Positions 51,365 through 60,397 of a DNA stretch of 64,000 bases are shown in pieces. Position 1 is the first letter of the stretch; each line of letters opens with the position of its first letter. The translations under genes were made by a program, and so were the position numbers. The stretch is from Myxococcota bacterium (GTDB lineage: Bacteria > Myxococcota_A > UBA9160 > JAFDDA01): assembly GCA_965228475.1 (NCBI GenBank), contig OZ245817.1, positions 4,736,001-4,800,000 of the forward strand, written 5' to 3'. The notes under the pieces were generated by a model. It did no database searches. It was not told the origin of the DNA and saw only the letters and a program-made list of their open reading frames with translations.

Positions 51365-52522
51365 ATGCTTCTGAACGAAATGCAGCGAATCACCGCCCAG
51401 CCCCTCGGCGAGGCCGAGGCCCTGCCCTTCGGGAGCTACCGCGACCCCGAGTACTTCGAGCTCGAGCAGCGGGAGATCTTCGGCCGGGACTGGGTCTTCG
51501 TCTGCACCGAGGCGGATCTTCCCCGGCCCGGCGACTACCAGGCGCTCGTCCTCGCCGGCGAGCCCCTGGTCGTGCTCCGCGGAAAGGACGGAACGCTGCG
51601 CGCCCTCTCGAACGTCTGCCGGCACCGGGGCGCCGTGATGCTGCAGGGAAGCGGGAACGCGAACAAGATCGTGTGCCCCTACCACGCCTGGACCTACACG
51701 GACGGCGGCAGCCTCGCCGGCGTCCCCCACTGCGGCAGCGTCGAGGTCGACCGGGAGGCGCACGGGCTGCGCCGGTTCCGGCTCGACTGCCGCTTCGGGC
51801 TCGTCTTCGTCAGCCTGAACGAAGAAGCGCCCGCGCTCGCGGAGCGCTTCCGGGGCCTCGAGCGCTACCTCGCTCCCTACGGAATCGAGAACTTCGTCCA
51901 CGTCTCCGCGATCGAGCGCCACGCGTGGCGCGCGAACTGGAAGCTCCCCATGGAGAACTTCGTCGAGGGCTACCACTTCTTCGCCGTCCATCGTGAAACG
52001 GTCGAGGCCGCGGCATCGACCCGGGATTGCTTCTACGTCGACGGCCACGCGGACTGGTCGATCACCGGCGGCCGTCAGCTCGACGAACCCTCGACGCTCA
52101 AAGACTGGGTCCTGCGCAAGCCGAGCGAGGTCGAGTACCTCTCGATCTGCCTGCCCCCGAACTTCGTGTGCAACCTCTACGAGGGCTACATGACCTGGGC
52201 GCGGGTCCTGCCGACGGGGGCGACGGCGTGCGAGATCGCCACTGGGTACGCCGCCGCGAGCGCGCATCCCGTGAGCGAGGAGCTAAAGGCCCTGAACGAG
52301 AAGATCTTCGGCGAGGACCGGGAGATCTGCGAACGCGTGCAGGAAGGTGTGTCGAGCCGGCAGGCGAAGGGCGGCCGGCTCGTGGAGCTCGAGCGAGCCG
52401 TCGTCGACTTCCACCAGTACCTGGGCAAGCGGCTCTTCGACGAGGATCACAGCCGCCGATTCCGGACCGAGCACGCGGCCCGCTTCTCCGCGCCCGAGCC
52501 TGCGGCGAGCGCCTCGCCCTAG
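51365..52522 (+). CDS. Rieske non-heme iron oxygenase alpha subunit
   Basis: NVCRHRG, CPYHAWTY, NWK..ENFVEGYH...VH, EDREICE. Confidence 0.92.
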   Translation: MLLNEMQRITAQPLGEAEALPFGSYRDPEYFELEQREIFGRDWVFVCTEADLPRPGDYQALVLAGEPLVVLRGKDGTLRALSNVCRHRGAVMLQGSGNANKIVCPYHAWTYTDGGSLAGVPHCGSVEVDREAHGLRRFRLDCRFGLVFVSLNEEAPALAERFRGLERYLAPYGIENFVHVSAIERHAWRANWKLPMENFVEGYHFFAVHRETVEAAASTRDCFYVDGHADWSITGGRQLDEPSTLKDWVLRKPSEVEYLSICLPPNFVCNLYEGYMTWARVLPTGATACEIATGYAAASAHPVSEELKALNEKIFGEDREICERVQEGVSSRQAKGGRLVELERAVVDFHQYLGKRLFDEDHSRRFRTEHAARFSAPEPAASASP

Positions 52523-52580
52523 GCGGGGACGCGATCCTTCGAAGCAGCGCTAGGCTTCGCGGAGCGAGGAGGATCGACGG

Positions 52581-52808
52581 ATGGGTGAGCGAGAAGAACT
52601 GCGAGACCGGATCGAGGCGAAGCGGAAGCGGCTCGAGGCGCGCCTCATCGAGCTCCGGGCCGACTCCCGGAGCGAGGCGCGGGAGAAGTCGAAGGAGCTC
52701 GAGGCGAAGCTCGACGCGCTCGCCCAGGACCTGAAGGGCGGCTGGGACGACCTGACGGAAGGCGTCGCGGCGAAGCTCAACTCCTGGTTGAAGCGGGACG
52801 ACGACTGA
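52581..52808 (+). CDS. Small coiled-coil hypothetical protein
   Basis: GGAGG SD; amphipathic heptad pattern. Confidence 0.7.
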   Translation: MGEREELRDRIEAKRKRLEARLIELRADSRSEAREKSKELEAKLDALAQDLKGGWDDLTEGVAAKLNSWLKRDDD

Positions 52809-53713
52809 GCCACCGCACCCGACGCGACCGCTCGAGCCCGAAGGGGACGAGCCTAACCGGACGACTCCTGCCCTGGGCGGCCCTGGCGCTCGCCGCGTGT
52901 GCTTCGACCGGCTCGTCGCAGCAGGCGGCGCCGAGCTTCGAAACCGTGGCACGGTCCGAGGTCCGGTTCGTCCCGCTGAACCCCGCCCGCGGCGACGCGA
53001 GCCCGAAGGCCGGCGTCCTTTGGGGTGACCTGCGCAAGGACGTCCCGACCGGAGCGATCATCCAGTTCGCAAGCGGGTTCTCCTCCCCGCCGCACATCCA
53101 CAACGTCACCTACCGCGGCGTCGTGATCGAAGGCGCGCTCCACAACGACGACCCGGACGCGGCGAAGCACTGGATGGGGCCCGGCTCCTTCTGGACGCAG
53201 CCGGCTGGCGAATCCCACATCACCGCGGCCGCCGAGAGCGGCAAGGCCGTGGCGTTCCTCGAGATCCTCGAGGGGCCCTACCTCGTGAAGCCGCCCGGCG
53301 AAGCCTTCGACAACGGCGAACGCCCCGTGAACGTCGACGCGAGGAACGTCGTGTGGCTCGACGCGGACGACGTGACTTGGATCGACGCGAACGGCACGGA
53401 AGAGGCCGAGGGGTCCGCGATGGCCTTCCTCTGGAAAGGGCCGCAGGACTCCGCCCCAAACGGATCGTTCCTGAAGCTGCAGCCGGGTTTCCGGGGAACG
53501 CTACGCAGCGCCGGAGGCTCGCTGCGCGCGGTGGTCATCCAGGGCCGCCTCGATCACCGGCGATCCGGCGATGCCACGGGCCAGGGGCTCGGCCCGGGCA
53601 GCTACTTCGGCTCGTCCCACGGCGGCGAGCACGACCTCACGTGCGCGGGCGAAGCCGAGTGCCTGGTCTACGTCAGCGCCGACGGAAAGTACGGGCTCGA
53701 GCAGCGGCCCTGA
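52805..53713 (+). CDS. DUF4437 cupin-like lipoprotein (probable CTG start at 52805; first canonical start 52946)
   Basis: LNPARGDASP, SPPHIHNVTYRGVVI, GSFWTQPAGESHIT; in-frame upstream LALAAC lipobox. Confidence 0.8.
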   Translation: MSHRTRRDRSSPKGTSLTGRLLPWAALALAACASTGSSQQAAPSFETVARSEVRFVPLNPARGDASPKAGVLWGDLRKDVPTGAIIQFASGFSSPPHIHNVTYRGVVIEGALHNDDPDAAKHWMGPGSFWTQPAGESHITAAAESGKAVAFLEILEGPYLVKPPGEAFDNGERPVNVDARNVVWLDADDVTWIDANGTEEAEGSAMAFLWKGPQDSAPNGSFLKLQPGFRGTLRSAGGSLRAVVIQGRLDHRRSGDATGQGLGPGSYFGSSHGGEHDLTCAGEAECLVYVSADGKYGLEQRP

Positions 53714-53819
53714 CCCCGCACCGTCCCCACCCCCGCAAGCTCCCGGCGCTTGGACCCGCCGGACGCCCCCGCGCTAAGCTAGGAGGCTGCCCGCGGAGGT
53801 GCGGGCCCGGAGCCGTTTC

Positions 53820-55085
53820 ATGAGCGAGAACCAGTACCAGGCCGAGATCGAAGGCATCTGCAAGCGGGCGCGGGCGGCGTCGATCGCGGTGGCTTCGCTG
53901 TCTTCGGCGCAAAAGGATGGCTGGTTGCTCCACGCGGCCGAGCGGCTCGAGGCCGGGAAGGACGGGATCCTCGCAGCGAACCGGGCGGACATGGAGGCCG
54001 CCGAGAAGGCCGGCGTTTCGCGGCCGATCGTGAACCGGCTCTCCCTCGAAGGCGGCAAGTGGGAGAACATGGTGGCGGGGCTGCGCGACGTCGCGGCGCT
54101 GCCGGACCCCGTCGGCTCGATCAGCGAGATGCGGGTGCGGCCGAACGGCCTGCGCGTGGGGCGCATGCGCATCCCGCTCGGCGTGATCGCGATGATCTAC
54201 GAAGCGCGGCCGAACGTCACCGTCGATGCGGCGGCGCTCTGCGTGAAGGCGGGCAACGCCTGCGTGCTGCGCGGCGGGAAGGAAGCCTTCCAGGCGAACA
54301 TGGCCCTGGCCGAGGTGCTGCGCGCCGCGGCCGCGGAGTGCGGCCTGCCCGAGGATGCCGTGCAGGTCTTCCGCACGACGGACCGTGAGGCCGTCGCGCC
54401 GCTCCTCCAGATGGACCGCTACGTGGATCTCCTGATCCCGCGCGGCGGCAAGGCGCTCGTGCAGCGCGTGATGGCCGAGAGCAAGATCCCGGTGATCGCC
54501 CACGACGAGGGCGTCTGCCACGTCTTCCTCGACGAGAGCGCCCAGACCGAGATGGCGCGCGAGATCGTGCTCGACAGCAAGATCAAGCAGATGGCGGTGT
54601 GCAACGGCCTCGAGACCCTGCTCGTGCACCGCGGCGCCACGCGCACGGTGCTGCCGACGGTGCTGAAGGGCCTCCACGAGGCGGGCATCGAGGTCCGCGG
54701 CTGCCCGGAGACCTGCGAGGTCGACCCGAACGTCGTGCCCGCCGCGGACGCCGACTGGGCCGCCGAGTACCTCGACAAGATCCTCGCCGTCCGCGTGGTG
54801 GGCGGGCTCGACGAGGCGATCGAGCACATCCAGACCTACGGCTCGGACCACACCGAGATCATCGTCACCGAGAACTACAGCAACTCGGAGGCCTTCATCC
54901 GGCGCTGCAACTCCTCCGCCGTCGGCGTGAACTGCTCGACGGCATTCTCGGACGGCTTCCGCCTCGGCCTCGGCGCCGAGATCGGCGTCTCGACGACGAA
55001 GCTCCACGCCTACGGACCCATGGGCCTCGAAGGGCTCACGACGCAGAAGTTCGTGATGTTCGGCGAGGGCCAGCTGCGCGAATGA
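53820..55085 (+). CDS. proA: Gamma-glutamyl phosphate reductase
   Basis: PLGVIAMIYEARPNVT, CNGLETLLVH, GAEIGVSTTKLHAYGPMGL. Confidence 0.96.
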   Translation: MSENQYQAEIEGICKRARAASIAVASLSSAQKDGWLLHAAERLEAGKDGILAANRADMEAAEKAGVSRPIVNRLSLEGGKWENMVAGLRDVAALPDPVGSISEMRVRPNGLRVGRMRIPLGVIAMIYEARPNVTVDAAALCVKAGNACVLRGGKEAFQANMALAEVLRAAAAECGLPEDAVQVFRTTDREAVAPLLQMDRYVDLLIPRGGKALVQRVMAESKIPVIAHDEGVCHVFLDESAQTEMAREIVLDSKIKQMAVCNGLETLLVHRGATRTVLPTVLKGLHEAGIEVRGCPETCEVDPNVVPAADADWAAEYLDKILAVRVVGGLDEAIEHIQTYGSDHTEIIVTENYSNSEAFIRRCNSSAVGVNCSTAFSDGFRLGLGAEIGVSTTKLHAYGPMGLEGLTTQKFVMFGEGQLRE

Positions 55086-55774
55086 GCCCGGCCGGCTCAC
55101 GAAGCAGAACCGGCGTCTTCGGCGGCACCTTCAACCCCGTCCACGTGGCACACCTGCGAGCGGCCGAAGAGGTGGCCGAGGCGCTCGAGCTCACGCGCGT
55201 GCTGTTCGTGCCCGCGGCGGACCCGCCGCACAAGCGCGCGGGCGCGCACGACCCGATCGCCCCGGCGGCGCTGCGGCTCGCCTGGCTCGAAGAGGCGATC
55301 GAAGGCAACCCGCGCTTCGCCGTCGACCCGCTCGAGATCGAGCGCGGCGGCACGTCCTACTCCGTCGATACGCTGCGCGAGATCGGCGAGCGCATCGCGC
55401 CCGAGCGGCCGGTGTTCATCATCGGCTGGGACGCCTTCATCGAGATCGACACCTGGAAGGACCCGGCGACGCTCTTCGCCCTGGCGGACTTCGCGGTGCT
55501 CACCCGGCCGCCGGTTTCCGACGCCACGCTCGCGAGTTTCGTCCCCTCTTGCCTGGCGGAAACGGCGCAGGTCTCCGAGGACGGCCGGGAGACCGCGCTC
55601 CCCGGCGGCGGGCGCATCGAGATCGTCCCCATCACCGCCCTCGACGTCTCCGCCTCCGCCATCCGCGCCCGGCTGCGGGAGGGGCGCTCGGTGCGCTATC
55701 TCCTCCCCGAGCGGGTGCGCCAGGCCGTCGAGAGCTCCGGCGCCTACCATCCCCCCCGCGACGAGGAGCGCTAG
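55082..55774 (+). CDS. nadD: Nicotinate-nucleotide adenylyltransferase
   Basis: GGTFNPVHVAH, PPHK, SYSVDTL, VSASAIR. Confidence 0.94.
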   Translation: MSPAGSRSRTGVFGGTFNPVHVAHLRAAEEVAEALELTRVLFVPAADPPHKRAGAHDPIAPAALRLAWLEEAIEGNPRFAVDPLEIERGGTSYSVDTLREIGERIAPERPVFIIGWDAFIEIDTWKDPATLFALADFAVLTRPPVSDATLASFVPSCLAETAQVSEDGRETALPGGGRIEIVPITALDVSASAIRARLREGRSVRYLLPERVRQAVESSGAYHPPRDEER

Positions 55775-55781
55775 ACCCGCC

Positions 55782-56147
55782 TTGGATCGCCTCGAGAAGG
55801 CTCGCTGCATCATCGACGCCGCGCTGGACCGCAAGGCCGAGAACGTCGTCGCCCTCGACGTCCGCGAGCTCGCTTCCTTCACCGACACCTTCGTCTTCGC
55901 GACCGGCGGTTCGGACCGCCAGGTCCGTGCCATCTCCGACGCGATCGACGAGGCCCTGCGCGCCGGCGGCGAGCGTCCGCTCGGCGTCGAGGGCTACGAA
56001 GACGGGAGCTGGATCCTGATCGACGCGAACGACGCGATCATCCACGTCTTCCGCGAAGAGACGCGCGCCCACTACGGGCTCGAGCGCCTCTGGAGCGACG
56101 CGCCCTCGATCCCGGTGGAAGACCCGGGCGAGAAGGCCGCGCCTTGA
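55782..56147 (+). CDS. rsfS: Ribosome silencing factor
   Basis: KAENVVALDV, WILID, YGLERLW. Confidence 0.93.
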   Translation: MDRLEKARCIIDAALDRKAENVVALDVRELASFTDTFVFATGGSDRQVRAISDAIDEALRAGGERPLGVEGYEDGSWILIDANDAIIHVFREETRAHYGLERLWSDAPSIPVEDPGEKAAP

Positions 56148-57679
56148 CGCCGCCGCGCCCCGTCATGCTCGTGGTGCTCGACGGGTTCGGCCTCGGCGAC
56201 GGGGGCGCGAACGACGCCACCGCCGTCGGCCACACGCCCTTCTTCGAACGGGCGCGCGAGAGCTGGCCCCACGCGGCGCTCGAAACCTCGGGCGAGGCCG
56301 TCGGTCTCCCGCCGGGCCAGATGGGCAACTCCGAAGTCGGCCACATGACCATGGGCGCCGGCCGCGTGATCGACCAGGACATCACGCGCATCACGAAGGA
56401 GATCGCCGCCGGCGGGCTCGCGAAGAACGCTGCGATCGGCGGGGCCGTCGCCGCGGTGAAGAAGAGCGGCGGCACGCTCCACCTGATGGGGCTGCTCTCG
56501 GACGGCGGCGTGCACAGCCACCAGGACCACCTCGTCGCCCTCCTCGAGTTCTTCCACGCCGAAGGCGTGCCGACCGCGCTGCACCTCTTCCTCGACGGCC
56601 GCGACACGCCCCCGAGCTCCGGGCTCGGCTACGTCGAAGCGCTGCTGCCGACGGTCGAGGCCTGCGGGAGCCACGTCGCCACGGTCTCCGGCCGCTACTA
56701 CGCGATGGACCGCGACAACCGCTGGGAGCGCGTCCAGCTCGCGTACGATGCCATCGTCGAGGGCACGGGCGAAACGGCGCCGGACGCGGCGGCCGCCGTC
56801 CGGCAGGCCTACGAAGCGAAGACGACGGACGAGTTCGTGAAGCCGACCGTCGTCGAAGGCGGACGCAAACTCCAGGACGGCGATGCCGTGCTCCACTTCA
56901 ACTTCCGCGCGGACCGCGCGCGCGAGCTCACCAACGCGCTGACCGGCGTCCAGGCGAAGCAGTTCGAGGGCGAACTCGAGCGCAAGACGACGGTCGCCCT
57001 CGCCGCCTACGTCTGCTTCTGCGAATACGATGCGAGCTTCGGCCTGCCCGTGGCCTTCCCGAGCGGCACGCCCGAGCGGATCCTCGGCGAGGTGCTCGCG
57101 GAGTCGGGCATGCACCAGCTCCGCATCGCCGAGACCGAGAAGTACGCCCACGTCACCTTCTTCTTCAACGCGGGTGTCGAGACGCCCTTCCCGGACGAAG
57201 AACGCATCCTCGTCCCCTCCCCGCGCGACGTCGCCACCTACGACCACAAACCCGAGATGAGCGCCGAGGAAGTCACCCGCCGCCTGCTCGAAGCGCTCGA
57301 GAACAGCGACTTCGACTTCGTCCTCGTGAACTACGCGAACCCGGACATGGTCGGGCACACGGGCGTCCTGCCCGCCGCGGTGAAGGCGGTGGAGACCATC
57401 GACTCCTGCCTCGACCGCGTCACCGCCAAGGTGCTCGCGCTCGGCGGAACCGTGCTCATCACCGCAGACCACGGCAACTGCGAACAGATGCTCGACCCGG
57501 AGACCGGCGAGCCCCACACGGCCCACACGACGAACCCCGTGCCGATCTACTGGGTCACGAACGATCCCGGCGGCCGCGCGCTCCGCAACGGAAGCCTCGC
57601 GGACCTCGCCCCGACCGTGCTCGACCTGCTCGGCCTCCCGATCCCCGAGCCCATGACCGGGCGCTCGCTCCTGGCCTAG
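56144..57679 (+). CDS. gpmI: Cofactor-independent phosphoglycerate mutase
   Basis: VLDGFG, GNSEVGH, GRYYAMDRD, ETEKYAHVTFFF, NPDMVGHTG, TADHGN. Confidence 0.97.
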   Translation: MTPPRPVMLVVLDGFGLGDGGANDATAVGHTPFFERARESWPHAALETSGEAVGLPPGQMGNSEVGHMTMGAGRVIDQDITRITKEIAAGGLAKNAAIGGAVAAVKKSGGTLHLMGLLSDGGVHSHQDHLVALLEFFHAEGVPTALHLFLDGRDTPPSSGLGYVEALLPTVEACGSHVATVSGRYYAMDRDNRWERVQLAYDAIVEGTGETAPDAAAAVRQAYEAKTTDEFVKPTVVEGGRKLQDGDAVLHFNFRADRARELTNALTGVQAKQFEGELERKTTVALAAYVCFCEYDASFGLPVAFPSGTPERILGEVLAESGMHQLRIAETEKYAHVTFFFNAGVETPFPDEERILVPSPRDVATYDHKPEMSAEEVTRRLLEALENSDFDFVLVNYANPDMVGHTGVLPAAVKAVETIDSCLDRVTAKVLALGGTVLITADHGNCEQMLDPETGEPHTAHTTNPVPIYWVTNDPGGRALRNGSLADLAPTVLDLLGLPIPEPMTGRSLLA

Positions 57680-58545
57680 GCAGGAACGTCCCCCGGGTCA
57701 GTCCGCCGCGCCTCCCTCCGGACGCGCCAGCCTGCCAGGCCCACGAAGGGCGCCAGCGCCCACCAGCCCGGGTCGTCGCAGCTCCGGAAACGCAGGGTCG
57801 CGACGCGCAGCTCGCGAGAGTCGCCGAAGGTCCACACCACGGTGTTGCCCGCGACGTCGACGATCTGCCGCCCGCCGGGACCGCTGTCGAGCACCTCCGT
57901 ACGTCCGCTGCGAAGGTCATGGGTGACCGTCGCATCCTGGGTCACGCGGTTGTCGACGACGGGCCCCTGCACCCAGGCGATCCGCTCCCCGTCGCCGTCG
58001 AGCCAACCGACGAACAGGTTGCCCGGTGTGAGATCGTGCACGGTGCCCGTGCGGATCTCGTAGGCGAGAACGTGGCTCCGGAGCACGTCTGGCGCGATCT
58101 CGACCCGGCCCTCCCACACGAGCCACCGCGGACCGAGCAGGATGGGCGGGTCGTTCGGCGTGGAGGGCTGATACACCTCGACGGTCGTGCCCTTTCGGAT
58201 GTCGTGGAGATAGAGCTCGGTCGAGCTGAACGCATCGCTTTCCGCGCGGCGCCAGACCACGTGGGTATCGCTCACGTGGAGATGTACCCGGTCCACGTCG
58301 GGAACGTTCGCCGGGCCGGGCAGGTCGCGCGTTTCGTTGCGGCGAAGGTCGTGCAGCCGGATCACCGAGCCTTCGCGCCAGGCGACGAAACGCCCCGAGG
58401 GCGAGGCGACGGCGTCGTAGCCCGAGCGGATCGCATCGCTGACCGTCCGCACCTCGTACTCGAACGGCGGTCCGCCCCCCGTGGCCGAAGCCTGCGCAGC
58501 GAAGAACAAGACCGCGATTCCCAGGAATCCCGAACGCATGGGCAC
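57676..58545 (-). CDS. Secreted beta-propeller-like protein with C-terminal membrane anchor
   Basis: Signal peptide; repeated VAW/VVW/LVW strands; C-terminal C..PGWWALAPFVGLAGWRVRR. Confidence 0.65.
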   Translation of the reverse strand: MPMRSGFLGIAVLFFAAQASATGGGPPFEYEVRTVSDAIRSGYDAVASPSGRFVAWREGSVIRLHDLRRNETRDLPGPANVPDVDRVHLHVSDTHVVWRRAESDAFSSTELYLHDIRKGTTVEVYQPSTPNDPPILLGPRWLVWEGRVEIAPDVLRSHVLAYEIRTGTVHDLTPGNLFVGWLDGDGERIAWVQGPVVDNRVTQDATVTHDLRSGRTEVLDSGPGGRQIVDVAGNTVVWTFGDSRELRVATLRFRSCDDPGWWALAPFVGLAGWRVRREARRTDPGDVPA

Positions 58546-58649
58546 CTCCCCGACCTCTCCGTGAGCCGCAGGACGTTAACGAACGGACCCGGCCGGCCCT
58601 CGGGAGGACCGGCCTGCTAGCCTCGCGGGCCCCGGTCCGGCTCTTCCGC

Positions 58650-59288
58650 ATGCGCGCACTCGCCTACGGGTTCATGGATCTGCTGTTCCCGCCGAGCTGT
58701 TTCCTGTGCGGCCGCGCGAGCGCGCGGCCGCTCTGTGGGCCGTGTCTCTCGGCCCTGCGGAGCACGCCGGCGATCCCCCTCCGGCCGCCGCTCGCGAGTC
58801 TCGTTGCTGCTTCCGACTATCGCGGAGAGGTCGAGCCGATCGTCCGACGCTTCAAGTACCCGGACACCGGGTTCACGCTCGATCCGGCGCCGATCGCGGT
58901 CCTCGCGGCGCTGCTCGGCGAAGCGGCGGCGGCGCTTCCGCGGCCGGAACTCGTCGTCCCGGTCCCGCTCCATCCGCGGCGGCTGCGCGCGCGCGGCTTC
59001 AACCCGGCCGGCCTGCTCGCCCGGCGCCTCGCGCGCGATCGCCGCATCGCCTTCGACCCGGTCGCCCTGCGCCGCACGCGCGATACCCCGAGCCAGACCG
59101 GCTTCTCGGCCGCGGGGAGAAGACGGAACGTCCGCGGCGCTTTCACCGCCACGCATCCGGTCCCGGGGAAGATCTGGCTGGTCGATGACGTCGTGACCAC
59201 GGGCAGCACGCTCGAGGCCGCGGCCCGTGCCCTCGCCCGCGCAGGCGCGCACGAAATCCACGGCATCGCGGTCGCCGCGACGCCCTAG
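58650..59288 (+). CDS. comF: ComF family protein
   Basis: LLFPPSCFLC, VPVPLH..R...RGFN, LVDDVVTTGST. Confidence 0.9.
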   Translation: MRALAYGFMDLLFPPSCFLCGRASARPLCGPCLSALRSTPAIPLRPPLASLVAASDYRGEVEPIVRRFKYPDTGFTLDPAPIAVLAALLGEAAAALPRPELVVPVPLHPRRLRARGFNPAGLLARRLARDRRIAFDPVALRRTRDTPSQTGFSAAGRRRNVRGAFTATHPVPGKIWLVDDVVTTGSTLEAAARALARAGAHEIHGIAVAATP

Positions 59289-59307
59289 CGTTTCGCTTCT
59301 GCGAGCC

Positions 59308-60387
59308 CTAACTCTTCGCTTCTTCGGGGTAGACCGCTTCCAGGATCGCGGCGACGAGGCGCTCGCGCTGGACCGGCTTCTTGAAGACCACGCCGCGCAG
59401 GCCTTCGATGCGGCTGCGCTTGATGATGTGGTTCTTGTCGTAGTGGAAGGCGGTCATCATCAGGACCGGGAGGCCTTCGTAGCGCTGGTGGATGGCGCGG
59501 TAGAGGTCGTAGCCGTCCATGCCGGGCATGACGACGTCCGAGAGAACGAGGTCGAAGCGGGATTGTTCGAGCCGCTCGAGGGCTTCGCGCCCGTCCCCCG
59601 CGGTCTCTACGACGCAGCCTTCGCGCTCGAGGATCTCGCTCATGCTGCGGCAGAGCCCGAGGTCGTCGTCGACGACGAGGATCCGCAGGCCCTTCATGCG
59701 CGGGTCGGGCTCGTGGCGCGCTTCGCCGCGCGGCCGCAGGTCGATCATGCGCGCCGGGCCGACGTACTCGACCGTGGCGTACTCGTCGCCGCGGGCCATC
59801 TCGCCGACGCGCTCGAGGATCTCCGAGATGCGCGCCACCTCGCGCCGAACGGCGTCGAGCCGCTCGACCTCGACGGAGATGTCGGTCTCGCCCGCGAGGT
59901 TCGCGATGTCGCTCTCGAGCAGCTCGACCTGGTTCAGCACCACGGCCAGCGGGTTGTTGATCTCGTGGGAGAGGCCGATGGCGACCTGGCCGAGCGTCGC
60001 GAGCTGATCCTTGCGCAGGATCTCGCGCAGGTCCTTCGCGAAGCCGATCGTGCCGTCTTCGTCGCCGTTCTCGTCGTAGAGGACCGCGCCCGTGATCGCG
60101 ACGGGGATCTCCTCACCGGACTTCGCGACGAAGGTGGTCTGGAACGCGTCGCAGATGCCGACGCCGCCGTGCCCCTCGCCGCGCATCGCGCTCATCACGC
60201 GGCGCGCCTCCTCGAGACTCGGGTAGAGCTTCGCGACGTACTGCCCGAGCGTCTCCCCAGAGCGGTACCCGAGGATGCGCGTGGCGCCGTCGTTGTAGAA
60301 GGAGACGGAGCCGTCCGCGTCGGTGGCGACGATGATGTCCGTCGACCGGGCGATCAGGCTCTCGAGGCGCTCTCGGGAAAGCGACAT
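59308..60387 (-). CDS. PAS-HisKA-receiver protein lacking the HATPase domain
   Basis: PAS (DIIVATDADG..FYN), LSHEINNPL, then ILVVDDD...LSDVVMPGMDG. Confidence 0.85.
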   Translation of the reverse strand: MSLSRERLESLIARSTDIIVATDADGSVSFYNDGATRILGYRSGETLGQYVAKLYPSLEEARRVMSAMRGEGHGGVGICDAFQTTFVAKSGEEIPVAITGAVLYDENGDEDGTIGFAKDLREILRKDQLATLGQVAIGLSHEINNPLAVVLNQVELLESDIANLAGETDISVEVERLDAVRREVARISEILERVGEMARGDEYATVEYVGPARMIDLRPRGEARHEPDPRMKGLRILVVDDDLGLCRSMSEILEREGCVVETAGDGREALERLEQSRFDLVLSDVVMPGMDGYDLYRAIHQRYEGLPVLMMTAFHYDKNHIIKRSRIEGLRGVVFKKPVQRERLVAAILEAVYPEEAKS

Positions 60388-60397
60388 GACGGAGGTG

